32,057 bases of DNA from NCBI GenBank assembly GCA_041666585.1, contig JBAYGQ010000001.1, forward strand, positions 1 to 32,057, in the 5' to 3' direction. This DNA is from Bacteroidota bacterium (lineage in GTDB: Bacteria; Bacteroidota; Ignavibacteria; Kapaibacteriales; UBA2268). The position numbers were made by a program, and so were the translations under genes. Shown here one piece after another: positions 9,363 through 18,308 of this stretch; the stretch's first letter is position 1; every line of letters starts with the position of its first letter. The notes under the pieces were generated by a model, which worked only from the letters and a program-made list of their open reading frames with translations, did not search any database and was not told the DNA's origin.

Positions 9363-10062
9363 TTCTATTTAAAAAATATTCTGCTAGAAGAAAATCTGTT
9401 TCTTCGTCGATGTCTATCGAATCATAACTATTCATCAGATAAAATAGAGTTTTGGGAGTACAAAAACTTTTATAGTATACGAATTTGTTTGTTTTTGCTA
9501 TATACATTGCTCCATTTGGTATGTAATAAAGTAATTTAGTATTTGATTTTATATTAGTTATATTCTGACTGACAAAAGTATGAAGTGTTTTGCTTTTCTT
9601 AAAGGGTTTTACAACAAAAAGACTACTATGTGGTCTTGATGCAGAAATTAAACTATATGCTTCAGAGTTTGAGCTAATTTTTTCTATAGCATCATCTATT
9701 TGAAAAGTACTTCTTAAGGGTGAAGTCGGCTGTAATAGCATAGTATAAAAATATTTCTTATGTTCCTTATTTCTGAGCCATCTAATGGAATGTAAAATAG
9801 CTGATTCGCTCGAAGCGTGATCTGTTGCTAGATATTTCGGTCTTCTAAACGGCACCTCTGCTTTATATTTTTCGGAAATCTGTGCAATCTCGGATGAATC
9901 AGTGGATACAATCAATCGATCAATATACTTTGAATTCAAAGCTGACTTAATTGTCCAAGATATTAAGGGTTTACCGTTAAAATTTCTTATATTCTTTTTG
10001 GGAAGTCTTTTTGATTCGGATCTAGCTAAAATAATTGCTAGTATTGATTTATTTCCTATCAT
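9352..10062 (-). CDS. Acylneuraminate cytidylyltransferase-family protein, copy 2
   Basis: 236 aa. ILARSESKRLPKKNIRNF, VSTDSSEI, LLQPTSPLR. Same fold family as 7710-8417 but clearly divergent. It overlaps the downstream gene by 11 nt. Confidence 0.8.
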   Translation of the reverse strand: MIGNKSILAIILARSESKRLPKKNIRNFNGKPLISWTIKSALNSKYIDRLIVSTDSSEIAQISEKYKAEVPFRRPKYLATDHASSESAILHSIRWLRNKEHKKYFYTMLLQPTSPLRSTFQIDDAIEKISSNSEAYSLISASRPHSSLFVVKPFKKSKTLHTFVSQNITNIKSNTKLLYYIPNGAMYIAKTNKFVYYKSFCTPKTLFYLMNSYDSIDIDEETDFLLAEYFLNRNEK

Positions 10063-10072
10063 ATCAAGCCGT

Positions 10073-10081
10073 ATTATATCA
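10073..10081 (-). promoter_or_regulatory. Candidate extended -10 element (TGATATAAT) upstream of the second cytidylyltransferase and the NulO operon
   Basis: The minus strand reads TGATATAAT, ending 10 nt upstream of ATG 10062. It lies in one of only two non-coding gaps longer than 60 nt inside block A. There is no SD before the ATG. Confidence 0.3.
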
Positions 10082-10140
10082 CTAGATTGGGTTTAAATTT
10101 GTTTGAATAACTGCTTTTTGTTCCTTATCTTTTTAATAAT

Positions 10141-11682
10141 CTATTTATATTCGTTTACATTTAAAACTAATATATTATTTATACTATTGTTGTAGTAATT
10201 TTTATCAAAAAATTGGCTATAAGTTAGAAAAATTACGTTTTTTGGATCAAGACTATACGAACCTTTGTTAATAGTGATTAAATATTTCGGCTCCTCTGGT
10301 GAGTAGTCTTTGAGGTTAGAAAAAACGTTAAAAAATTCATTGTATTTTCTTACTGATTTTATATATTCATATTCCTGACTATTAATACCTAGTCTTTTTT
10401 GATCGCCAAAAGCTTTCCTCATAATACCCGTATACTCATAAAAGGCATAATGTCTATTTTTTAAATTATATTCTTTTGTTTTGTCATTGATTACGAACGT
10501 AAAATTATTCTTTATAATATCGTTTGTTTTTATACCTTCTACAAGAGAATCTTGCTTATACCAGTCTTTAATCAAAAAGTAATTATTTTTTAAATTATAA
10601 AAAACAAAAAGAACAACAATAATCGAGTAAATATAGTATTTTATCTTCTGATTTATTTTATGAATATCCAGCATATACCCGATCCCATAATACATAATTA
10701 ACGACACTCCAAGAGGAGTAAGAAGCAGATGCCTGCTATCCCAAAAGTCAAAAGACGGAGTATGGTTTGCGGCGAAATAAGGAAAAATAGCAATATATAA
10801 AATGAATAGACCTAGAATAAATAGTAAGAGCGACAATCGAGATTTAATGATATGTACGCTATTTTGCCTCATTAATATGATAAATACCACTAAACTGGAA
10901 AAAAATAGAATCCATAAATTTACAGAGTTTAATAACAGACTAAATAGATTGTAAAAATATGTATAGAAAAATCGTATAGATTCAATTGAAGCATTTGTTA
11001 AACTTTGAATTGTAATTCCATTGTAGCCTTCATACAGTCCATACGGTCTGAAAAATTTACTTTTTATGAACCAAAATATGAAAGGTAAAATTATAAAATC
11101 TGCATACTTCTTCAAAATTGAAAAATACGTGAGAATTTTCTTTCTTTTCTGTTTTTCCATATAGAACAGATACAAGATCACAATAAGATAAAATACTAAA
11201 TAGGATCCGGTTGCGAAAGAAACAAAGAAAGCGATTAAAGACACTAATCTAAAAATGTGTATATTTCGTTTAAGGTATCTATTTAATGACCATAACCCGA
11301 AAAAAAACAACGCATTAGATATCGAATAGGGAAGAAGTATTAATGCAATTCGCAAGTCATTTGCTGGAAGTAATACGAAGAATAATAGGATGAATATTCT
11401 TGATAATTTATCAATTTCTTTGATTTCAGATAGGATTTTTTCTAAAAATATTACTGGTAATAAGTTTAAAATAAAAATTAACAATCTATATACGAAAATA
11501 CTATCCGGTGCCCGCTGTAGAAATATATGTAAATACGAGACCCATGGAGATCCATATTGGGAAAATAATGAAATTAACGTTTCTGGAGATAAATTGTATA
11601 CACTAGTCCAATCATCCCAATATATTCCTTTATTTAACAACGATAACCCATAAGAGATGGTATATAGAATATATACAAACAT
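10141..11682 (-). CDS. Polytopic membrane protein, putative GT-C-fold glycosyltransferase or polymerase (function unassigned)
   Basis: 513 aa. About 10 or more hydrophobic helices, then a roughly 150-aa hydrophilic C-terminal domain. An acidic GIYWDDW motif follows the first helix, where GT-C enzymes carry catalytic Asp/Glu. No soluble-enzyme motifs. Confidence 0.7.
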   Translation of the reverse strand: MFVYILYTISYGLSLLNKGIYWDDWTSVYNLSPETLISLFSQYGSPWVSYLHIFLQRAPDSIFVYRLLIFILNLLPVIFLEKILSEIKEIDKLSRIFILLFFVLLPANDLRIALILLPYSISNALFFFGLWSLNRYLKRNIHIFRLVSLIAFFVSFATGSYLVFYLIVILYLFYMEKQKRKKILTYFSILKKYADFIILPFIFWFIKSKFFRPYGLYEGYNGITIQSLTNASIESIRFFYTYFYNLFSLLLNSVNLWILFFSSLVVFIILMRQNSVHIIKSRLSLLLFILGLFILYIAIFPYFAANHTPSFDFWDSRHLLLTPLGVSLIMYYGIGYMLDIHKINQKIKYYIYSIIVVLFVFYNLKNNYFLIKDWYKQDSLVEGIKTNDIIKNNFTFVINDKTKEYNLKNRHYAFYEYTGIMRKAFGDQKRLGINSQEYEYIKSVRKYNEFFNVFSNLKDYSPEEPKYLITINKGSYSLDPKNVIFLTYSQFFDKNYYNNSINNILVLNVNEYK

Positions 11683-11814
11683 GAATTATGTATAAAGACT
11701 TTGAAATTTGAATTTATACATATTTGTATGGCGCCAACAGAGAACGCCCTTATAGTTATCACTAATCTAGACTCAATTTATAGGTTATTCGAAAATAAGA
11801 TTTGGAATAGAATG

Positions 11815-13080
11815 CTAGTTTTTTTCAGTTCTCCAACTTATAAAAGGTTGCAAAATTCCATTCCTGGAAGCCTCATCAAATAATGCTTTTGGCGTACTAC
11901 CATCATCAATAACATTGAATTTAATCGTATCTTTACGATCGTACACCTCGATCGGTGAATACGAATTGATACCTACGTTTATTATATAAGTACCGGGATT
12001 TAACCATTTGTTGGGAATTAAAATGTCGGCTTTATAGTATCCGGGTTGTCTTTTTTCTCTTAATTCTGGTTGAAGATCATAATCAGCGGTACAAAAGACG
12101 ACAATTCCGTCAATTGTCATCAAATGTATCCATACAATACAGTTGGATACTAATTTGTTAACTTCATATTCGACCCTAACAGTGATATTTTCATTATAAT
12201 TTACATTATTGGTCGGTCTATTTCTTTTAGAAACTAAATATATTTTTCGTAAATTCATCTTCTTTTTCTTATTCGTGGGCTGTTCGTAAACACCATCAGT
12301 TTTTATAACACCTTCCATATATTTTTTAATCACGTCGTTTGTTCTACCATAATCGATGATTTTACCTTGTTCCAGTAAAATAGTATTAGTACAAAGCTTA
12401 CTGACCGCACCCATATTATGACTGACAAATATCACGGTTCTTCCTTCTCTTAAAGATACTTCTTCCATTTTTCCTAAACATTTTTTTTGAAAAGCAGCAT
12501 CCCCAACCGCCAACACTTCATCTATGATTAGGATTTCAGGATCCAAATGCGCTGCAACGGAGAACGCGAGTCGTGTATACATACCCGATGAATAGAATTT
12601 AACTGGAGTATCCAAAAATTTCTCTGTTTCTGCGAAATCTATTATTTCATTAAATTTCTTTCTTATTTCTCTTTGTTTCATACCAAGTATTGCACCGTTC
12701 AAAAATATATTTTCCCGTCCAGTTAATTCCGGATGAAAACCGGTTCCAACTTCAAGTAGACTTGCTACTCGACCTCTCATGATTATCTCGCCTTCAGTAG
12801 GAGGTGTAATTTGTGTAAGAATTTTTAGTAAAGTACTTTTCCCTGCACCATTACTTCCGATTATTCCCAATACCTCTCCTTTTTTTACCTCAAATGAAAC
12901 GTCTTTCAAAGCCCAAAAATCGTTACTAGATTCGTTATGTTTGTCGCTTTGTCTTGTCCTTATTATATTGATCGGATGTTTTATCAATTTCATTAAACTA
13001 TCTCTCAGAGTGTAATACGGCTGGGATTTGCCTATTCTGTATTTTTTGGAAATGTTATTTGCTTTTATAATCGGGTTCAT
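11815..13080 (-). CDS. wzt: Polysaccharide ABC exporter ATP-binding protein (Wzt/TagH type) with a C-terminal extension
   Basis: Walker A GIIGSNGAGKSTLLK, signature YSSGMYTRLAF, Walker B ILIIDEVLAVGD, H-loop FVSHN. A further roughly 170 aa is beta-rich (VNYNENITVRVEYEV...YYKADILIP...). Start chosen at ATG 13080..13078 (MNPIIKANNISKKY) for its ATGA overlap with the wzm stop. The ORF track runs to 13122. Confidence 0.9.
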   Translation of the reverse strand: MNPIIKANNISKKYRIGKSQPYYTLRDSLMKLIKHPINIIRTRQSDKHNESSNDFWALKDVSFEVKKGEVLGIIGSNGAGKSTLLKILTQITPPTEGEIIMRGRVASLLEVGTGFHPELTGRENIFLNGAILGMKQREIRKKFNEIIDFAETEKFLDTPVKFYSSGMYTRLAFSVAAHLDPEILIIDEVLAVGDAAFQKKCLGKMEEVSLREGRTVIFVSHNMGAVSKLCTNTILLEQGKIIDYGRTNDVIKKYMEGVIKTDGVYEQPTNKKKKMNLRKIYLVSKRNRPTNNVNYNENITVRVEYEVNKLVSNCIVWIHLMTIDGIVVFCTADYDLQPELREKRQPGYYKADILIPNKWLNPGTYIINVGINSYSPIEVYDRKDTIKFNVIDDGSTPKALFDEASRNGILQPFISWRTEKN

Positions 13081-13907
13081 ATGATGTCGGCAAAAAATTT
13101 CTCGGTTTTTTTGAAATACCATAAACCAAAAATGAATAATGCAAATGAGGAGACGACCGATATTGTAATAATGCGAGGATCGATGAAGCTTCTTCCTGAA
13201 AATACCATCCTCACAGACTCAATAACCGATGTCATAGGATTTATAGCCATTATCAACTTATTTGATTCCGACACGATTGCAAGAGGATATATGATTGGAG
13301 ACAAAAACAGAAGTAACTGAATGAAAAAAGGTATTATAAGTCCGACGTCACGATATTTAACATTTAAGGAAGACAGAAAAAACCCCAAACCGGCGGCTGT
13401 AAGCATTGTAATAACGATTGCCATCGGAAAAACAATAAGTCCATATGCATTCGGAGGATAACCAAGTATTAAAGCTATAATAAGCAACATTGTTAAATTT
13501 ATAAGAAAATCAATAAAACTTGTCAGTATGGAAGAAAAAGGCAATATAATCTTTGGAAAGTAGACTTTCTTAATGATTCCTTCATTGGTATGCATTGACG
13601 CACTTGCCGACGATACAGAATTTGAAAAGAAATTCCAAAAAACTAAACCACAAAGAACGAATAGTGAATATGGAAGATCGTAGGATGGAATTTTTGCCAG
13701 CCTTCCGAAAAAAAAGGTAAAAATAACTGTACTCACAAGTGGCTGGAAGATAACCCAAAGCACTCCTAAAACTGTTTGTTTATATCTGACTTTAATGTCT
13801 CTCCAAGCGAATATCCAGAGAAGTTCCCTATATTGCCATAATTCTCTGAAATCGAATAATCTCCATGCTGATTTTGGACGGATAATCGTCATTAGATTCT
13901 GCTTCAT
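13077..13907 (-). CDS. wzm: ABC-2 type polysaccharide exporter permease (Wzm)
   Basis: WRDIKVRYKQTVLGVLWVIFQP is the ABC-2 N-terminal signature, followed by six hydrophobic segments. The start is uncertain. MKQNLMTIIRPKS at 13907 avoids a 40-nt overlap with the upstream gene. The ORF track maximum is 13952. Confidence 0.85.
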   Translation of the reverse strand: MKQNLMTIIRPKSAWRLFDFRELWQYRELLWIFAWRDIKVRYKQTVLGVLWVIFQPLVSTVIFTFFFGRLAKIPSYDLPYSLFVLCGLVFWNFFSNSVSSASASMHTNEGIIKKVYFPKIILPFSSILTSFIDFLINLTMLLIIALILGYPPNAYGLIVFPMAIVITMLTAAGLGFFLSSLNVKYRDVGLIIPFFIQLLLFLSPIIYPLAIVSESNKLIMAINPMTSVIESVRMVFSGRSFIDPRIITISVVSSFALFIFGLWYFKKTEKFFADII

Positions 13908-13912
13908 AAGGA

Positions 13913-15079
13913 TCAAACAAGCGACAAAATTTGATTGGAAATAATGAACCAATCTAAAGCTTTTCGGGCATACATTTCGTTTCTTCTTCCCATATTTTTC
14001 CTCAAATCTGAATTATTAATTATTTTCATCAATATTTTACTTAATTCCTGAGAATTTCCTCGGATGAACCGGGCAACTCCTCCGCTTTTGTCTAAATACT
14101 GAGTTCCGTACCATTTTGGTAAAATTACTGGCAAATGACATGCCATCGCCTCCATAATAGTAATCGAAGAATTCCCTGGCCAAACTCCGACATCCGCAGC
14201 ATTATAGTACTGTGGAAGTGTATCATTTTCTACCATTTTGATCCACCTCACGTGATCCGGTTTATTTAACATTTTTTCTAACATTTTCTGATACCCTAAA
14301 TCCCCATCCCCAACAATAAGAAGCGTGATTCTTTCGTTTGATATCCTATTAAACGCATCGATCAGTACATCGATGTCCTTATTTTTTGTTAATTTTCCTG
14401 CATAAAGCACAACTATATCTGAAAGTGAAATACCCAGCTTCTTGCGGATAGTAATTCGATCCTTATCCTTGAACTGAAAACGTTTTATGTCAACGCCGAG
14501 GCGAATAATTGGTACGGATTCAGGGTGAATATGAAAATCCTCTACCAATAACGCCTTTTCGTCCTCTCCAATCGCAAAAATTGCATCATTTTCTTTAATA
14601 ATCTTCGGGACTGCGATCTTTTGATAACAGAATTGAAAAATCTTCTTTGGAAGCGTATTGGTCAGATTGGTATTGAAATGAGCTGCATGGGTATCATAAA
14701 TCAGCTTGAATCTGTTTTTTTCCTTGAGTGATGCGATTCGATAGGATGTAATGGAATAAACTCCATGACACAAAACTAAATCCGGTTTAATCATATTTAG
14801 TGTTCTTTCCAAACCATTCATATACACTAACGGAGTATGAGGGATTTCGTATGAGGGCAACCTCCAAGTATCTATACCTCCCTCTAACATTCTTCCTGAC
14901 CTCCTCTTTCTATCCCCTAATAACTTACCAAAGATCTTTTTATAGTTGTGAAAGGGATAATAGTAGTCTGAGGTTAGGACAATAACTTCATGACCCATTT
15001 CCTTGTGTTCCCGTGCTAAAAAAGTTTCCTGATATCCGATCTTAGGTTGAAAATAATCAATTAGGTGAACGATTTTCAT
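13913..15079 (-). CDS. GT-B fold glycosyltransferase, family 4-like
   Basis: 388 aa. MKIVHLIDYFQPKIGYQE N-terminus. C-terminal donor-binding region LIVGDGDLGY ... GNSSITIMEAMACHLPVI (EX7E-like). Confidence 0.85.
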   Translation of the reverse strand: MKIVHLIDYFQPKIGYQETFLAREHKEMGHEVIVLTSDYYYPFHNYKKIFGKLLGDRKRRSGRMLEGGIDTWRLPSYEIPHTPLVYMNGLERTLNMIKPDLVLCHGVYSITSYRIASLKEKNRFKLIYDTHAAHFNTNLTNTLPKKIFQFCYQKIAVPKIIKENDAIFAIGEDEKALLVEDFHIHPESVPIIRLGVDIKRFQFKDKDRITIRKKLGISLSDIVVLYAGKLTKNKDIDVLIDAFNRISNERITLLIVGDGDLGYQKMLEKMLNKPDHVRWIKMVENDTLPQYYNAADVGVWPGNSSITIMEAMACHLPVILPKWYGTQYLDKSGGVARFIRGNSQELSKILMKIINNSDLRKNMGRRNEMYARKALDWFIISNQILSLV

Positions 15080-17028
15080 AAATAAGATAAGTCTCTGAGT
15101 GAACTCGAGGGGACTTCAACCGTTTGATTATCGATGTACATACGGCACCACAATTCGAAGACAAATAGGATCCAAATGCGCAGATGCTCACTCCATAATT
15201 TCTTCTCTCCTGAGGAGCTGTAAAGCCTCCTCAACTCATTGGCCACAAACTCCGGACGGAAGATACCTCTCTTCCGAACGCTGGTACTTGATAAAACGGA
15301 CGTAATATACGGTTTAAGAATGCCCTCCATATATTTTATTCTCGGTAAAGCAAATCCTGTCTTCTTGTGATAAAGTATCTCTTCGGGTAACCATTCCCGC
15401 ACCACATCTTTCAAAATTCTTTTAGTATCTCCGCGTTTATACTTCAATTTCGGTGGTAAAGAAGCAGCAAATGAAATCAAATCGTGGTTAAGAAAGGGAA
15501 CACGGACTTCTAGTCCATGGGCCATACTCATCATGTTTATTCCTTCAAGTAAATCATCCCGAGTATAGGTCTGAATATCCACATAATACAACTGATCTAT
15601 ATCAGGCAAATGTTCAACATCTTTAAAATACGAAGAAAAATAATTTTCTGTATTGAATTTCGAGGTCTTACCCAGCCAGGATGGCCGATATAGATTCTTT
15701 TTTTCAGCTTCCTGATAAGCGAAATAGAGATACATATACCGTTTCGCAAGGGTTGGAAGCTTCATAAACTTATCCGCGACGTTTACTGTCTTTTTCAAGT
15801 TGTTGGATAAAGGAAGAGATCTGACCACAGACATCGCAAGCATTCTCATGGGATCAGGAATCATCTTATAAAGAGAAGACAACAGTTTGGTTTCGTAAAT
15901 ATTACTGTGATACCCAGCAAAAAGTTCATCTCCTCCTAAACCCGATAAAGCAACTTTCACATCCTTAGAGGCCAATTTGGATATAAAGTAACCCTCCAAC
16001 AAACCTCCTTTGGGCTGGTCCATATAAAATATAGCTTTTGGTAACTCTTTTTCCATTTCTTTTTCGGTAACCGTAAATTCCGTGTGGTCAGTATGATATT
16101 TATCTGCAATTATTTTTGCATATTTACGCTCATCATAAGCTTCACCACCTTCAGCCCATAACGAATACGTTTTTATTCTTCTTTTTGTTTGCTCTGCCAT
16201 AATCGCAACAATCGTAGAAGAATCTATTCCACCAGATAGAAATGCTCCGATTGGTACATCTGATACTTTCGCCAAGGATACAGAAGATATAAGTAAATTC
16301 CGTAATTTTGCTTTTGCTTCTGCAGCGGATATCTTTTTCTGTTTCCAATTACCTATCGGTATATCCCAATACTTTCTTACACGGATACCATGATGATCAA
16401 CAACCAAGACGCACCCGGAAACAAGACTAAAAACGTTTTTAAAAATGGTAAGCGGAGCAGGAATAGTAAACATTGATAAATAATGATGCACTGCTTCCGG
16501 TTCCAATTCCCTGTGAATATAACCACTCGCCAGTAGAGCTTTTACTTCGGAAGCAAATAAAAAATAGGAGCCGGATTGAGTATAGTAGAGAGGTATAATC
16601 CCCGTATGATCCCGAGCGAGAAAAAATCGGCTTCTGTGTTTATCCCATATACAAAAAGCAAACTGACCGACCAAATGTTTTACGATATCTTCACCAAAAT
16701 AATCATACCCGTAAAGAATCGTTTCAGTATCCGTATGGGATTTAAACCGATACCCCTGATTCAGCAATTTTCTTTTCAATTCTTTATAATTAAAAATTTC
16801 TCCATTGAATGTAATCCATAAACGATTTCTATATGATGCCATTGGTTGAGTTCCTGCGGGACTTGGATCGATAATTGCTAGTCTTCGATGAGCTAATCCA
16901 ATGTTGCGTTCAACCATCAATTCACTCCCATCCGGACCCCGATGAGAAATTGAAGCGCTCATTCTTTTCAGTACGCTTATATCTACTTCTTTATTATCGA
17001 AACGAAATATTCCCGATATTGCACACAT
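15076..17028 (-). CDS. asnB: Asparagine synthase (glutamine-hydrolysing)-like amidotransferase
   Basis: 650 aa. N-terminal MCAISGIF (Cys2 Ntn nucleophile), RGPDG, and the FLSGGIDSS PP-loop in the synthetase domain. Confidence 0.9.
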   Translation of the reverse strand: MCAISGIFRFDNKEVDISVLKRMSASISHRGPDGSELMVERNIGLAHRRLAIIDPSPAGTQPMASYRNRLWITFNGEIFNYKELKRKLLNQGYRFKSHTDTETILYGYDYFGEDIVKHLVGQFAFCIWDKHRSRFFLARDHTGIIPLYYTQSGSYFLFASEVKALLASGYIHRELEPEAVHHYLSMFTIPAPLTIFKNVFSLVSGCVLVVDHHGIRVRKYWDIPIGNWKQKKISAAEAKAKLRNLLISSVSLAKVSDVPIGAFLSGGIDSSTIVAIMAEQTKRRIKTYSLWAEGGEAYDERKYAKIIADKYHTDHTEFTVTEKEMEKELPKAIFYMDQPKGGLLEGYFISKLASKDVKVALSGLGGDELFAGYHSNIYETKLLSSLYKMIPDPMRMLAMSVVRSLPLSNNLKKTVNVADKFMKLPTLAKRYMYLYFAYQEAEKKNLYRPSWLGKTSKFNTENYFSSYFKDVEHLPDIDQLYYVDIQTYTRDDLLEGINMMSMAHGLEVRVPFLNHDLISFAASLPPKLKYKRGDTKRILKDVVREWLPEEILYHKKTGFALPRIKYMEGILKPYITSVLSSTSVRKRGIFRPEFVANELRRLYSSSGEKKLWSEHLRIWILFVFELWCRMYIDNQTVEVPSSSLRDLSYL

Positions 17029-17042
17029 ATAATGCTAGCTGT

Positions 17043-18308
17043 TTACTTTGGAAGCTGAGTGATATTTTTCGGAAACAGTAAAGAATATATCAAACCTAAA
17101 GCAAGTAAGAATTGCACTATACCCATAATAGAAATTATTGGTTCTTGCCAAAAAATTAACGGAAAAGGGTTATTGATTATACTTCTGCCGAGACCGTAAC
17201 CCGAGTAGATATTACAAAAATGAATAAAAGCGCTGATAATCCACAATATAAACAATTTCCTGTCTTTTCCGATAATAAAAATCAGTATTAACAAAAGCGT
17301 TGCTGGATAGAAATGATAAGCATGCGATCGGGTAAGAATTTGAGGCATCATAATAAAAGGTAAAGTAAATGCCCGGGTAAAAAACAAGGGCCTGTTACTC
17401 GACTTCGCTATGTAGCTTTTTATAATAAATATTGCCATGATCAAGAAAAATACTAAATATGCGCTTTTTTCTAAATAATTGTAAGGAAAAGTATAAGTAC
17501 TCAGACTGTAAATAGGTCCTTTCATATGATTAAGATTCATTATGACGGATGTAACCGTATACCATATATTTATTTCCGATGCCACAAGATAAGGCATATA
17601 TGAGGTAAATCCAAAATATAGTTGAAAAAGGTAAAAAGCGGATTTTGCTTGTAAAAAGAAATAGGTATTAAAAAGAAAGGGTAAGATCCCGAATCCAACC
17701 GTAAAACTGGTTATTTCTCGAAAACGAAAAGATATTAGCTGAAAGAAAATAAAATATAGTCCCATTGCTACAAGAGGGGCTACTATCTGTGGTTTGATGC
17801 AAAATGCGATACCCATCATTAAGCCCGCATAGAAAAATCTGTGTTTAAGATTTTTCCTAAAATCCAGAACTCCTAAAGCTAAAAGAATAAAAAACATGAA
17901 GGGTGCATCCCAAAACCCTTCCCAAGAGCCAGGAATAAAAAACCACGGATTAAGCCAGTAGACTAACGTAATTTGTATCTTATTTTTTGGAATTAACTTA
18001 TATAAAAGAAGGAGAATAAGAATTTCAAATATCAGATTTGTTGCTTTATACGGTAACCACCATAAATGAGGAATTAAAACAGCGAATTTTTCCGATATTA
18101 ACATCATTAGATAAGCTATCGGACCGTATCCACCTACGAAGCTATCCGCCAACCCTTTATTTAACGTATTTATACCCCATTCCCGATATGTATCGAAATT
18201 ATGGTTCCCGTTGAAAAAAATTCCTGCGAACCTTATAAAAAAACCGATTAGAATCAAAGAGAATAATACAGTTCTCTTATCTCGAATAAATTTAGTTAAT
18301 TTTTTCAT
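17043..18308 (-). CDS. Polytopic membrane protein, putative GT-C-fold (PimE/DUF2029-like) glycosyltransferase
   Basis: 421 aa, about 10-11 helices. First-loop motif NGNHNFDTYREWG and YWLNPWFFIPGSWEGFWDAPF resemble the D..Y..W and NP...WGQ.D motifs of polyprenol-phosphate-sugar-dependent mannosyltransferase-like GT-C enzymes. This is a by-eye comparison only. Confidence 0.7.
   Translation of the reverse strand: MKKLTKFIRDKRTVLFSLILIGFFIRFAGIFFNGNHNFDTYREWGINTLNKGLADSFVGGYGPIAYLMMLISEKFAVLIPHLWWLPYKATNLIFEILILLLLYKLIPKNKIQITLVYWLNPWFFIPGSWEGFWDAPFMFFILLALGVLDFRKNLKHRFFYAGLMMGIAFCIKPQIVAPLVAMGLYFIFFQLISFRFREITSFTVGFGILPFLFNTYFFLQAKSAFYLFQLYFGFTSYMPYLVASEINIWYTVTSVIMNLNHMKGPIYSLSTYTFPYNYLEKSAYLVFFLIMAIFIIKSYIAKSSNRPLFFTRAFTLPFIMMPQILTRSHAYHFYPATLLLILIFIIGKDRKLFILWIISAFIHFCNIYSGYGLGRSIINNPFPLIFWQEPIISIMGIVQFLLALGLIYSLLFPKNITQLPK

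Noticed and set aside
11683-11814. A possible intrinsic terminator or internal promoter in the 132-nt gap after wzt. On the minus strand it has GGCG...CGCC, an ATACA/TGTAT mini-hairpin, and TTGAGT-16 nt-TATAAG.
   Set aside because: The stems are only 4-5 bp, the loops are long or AT-rich, and no U-tract follows. The promoter-like hexamers are imperfect in an AT-rich background. The evidence is too weak to annotate.
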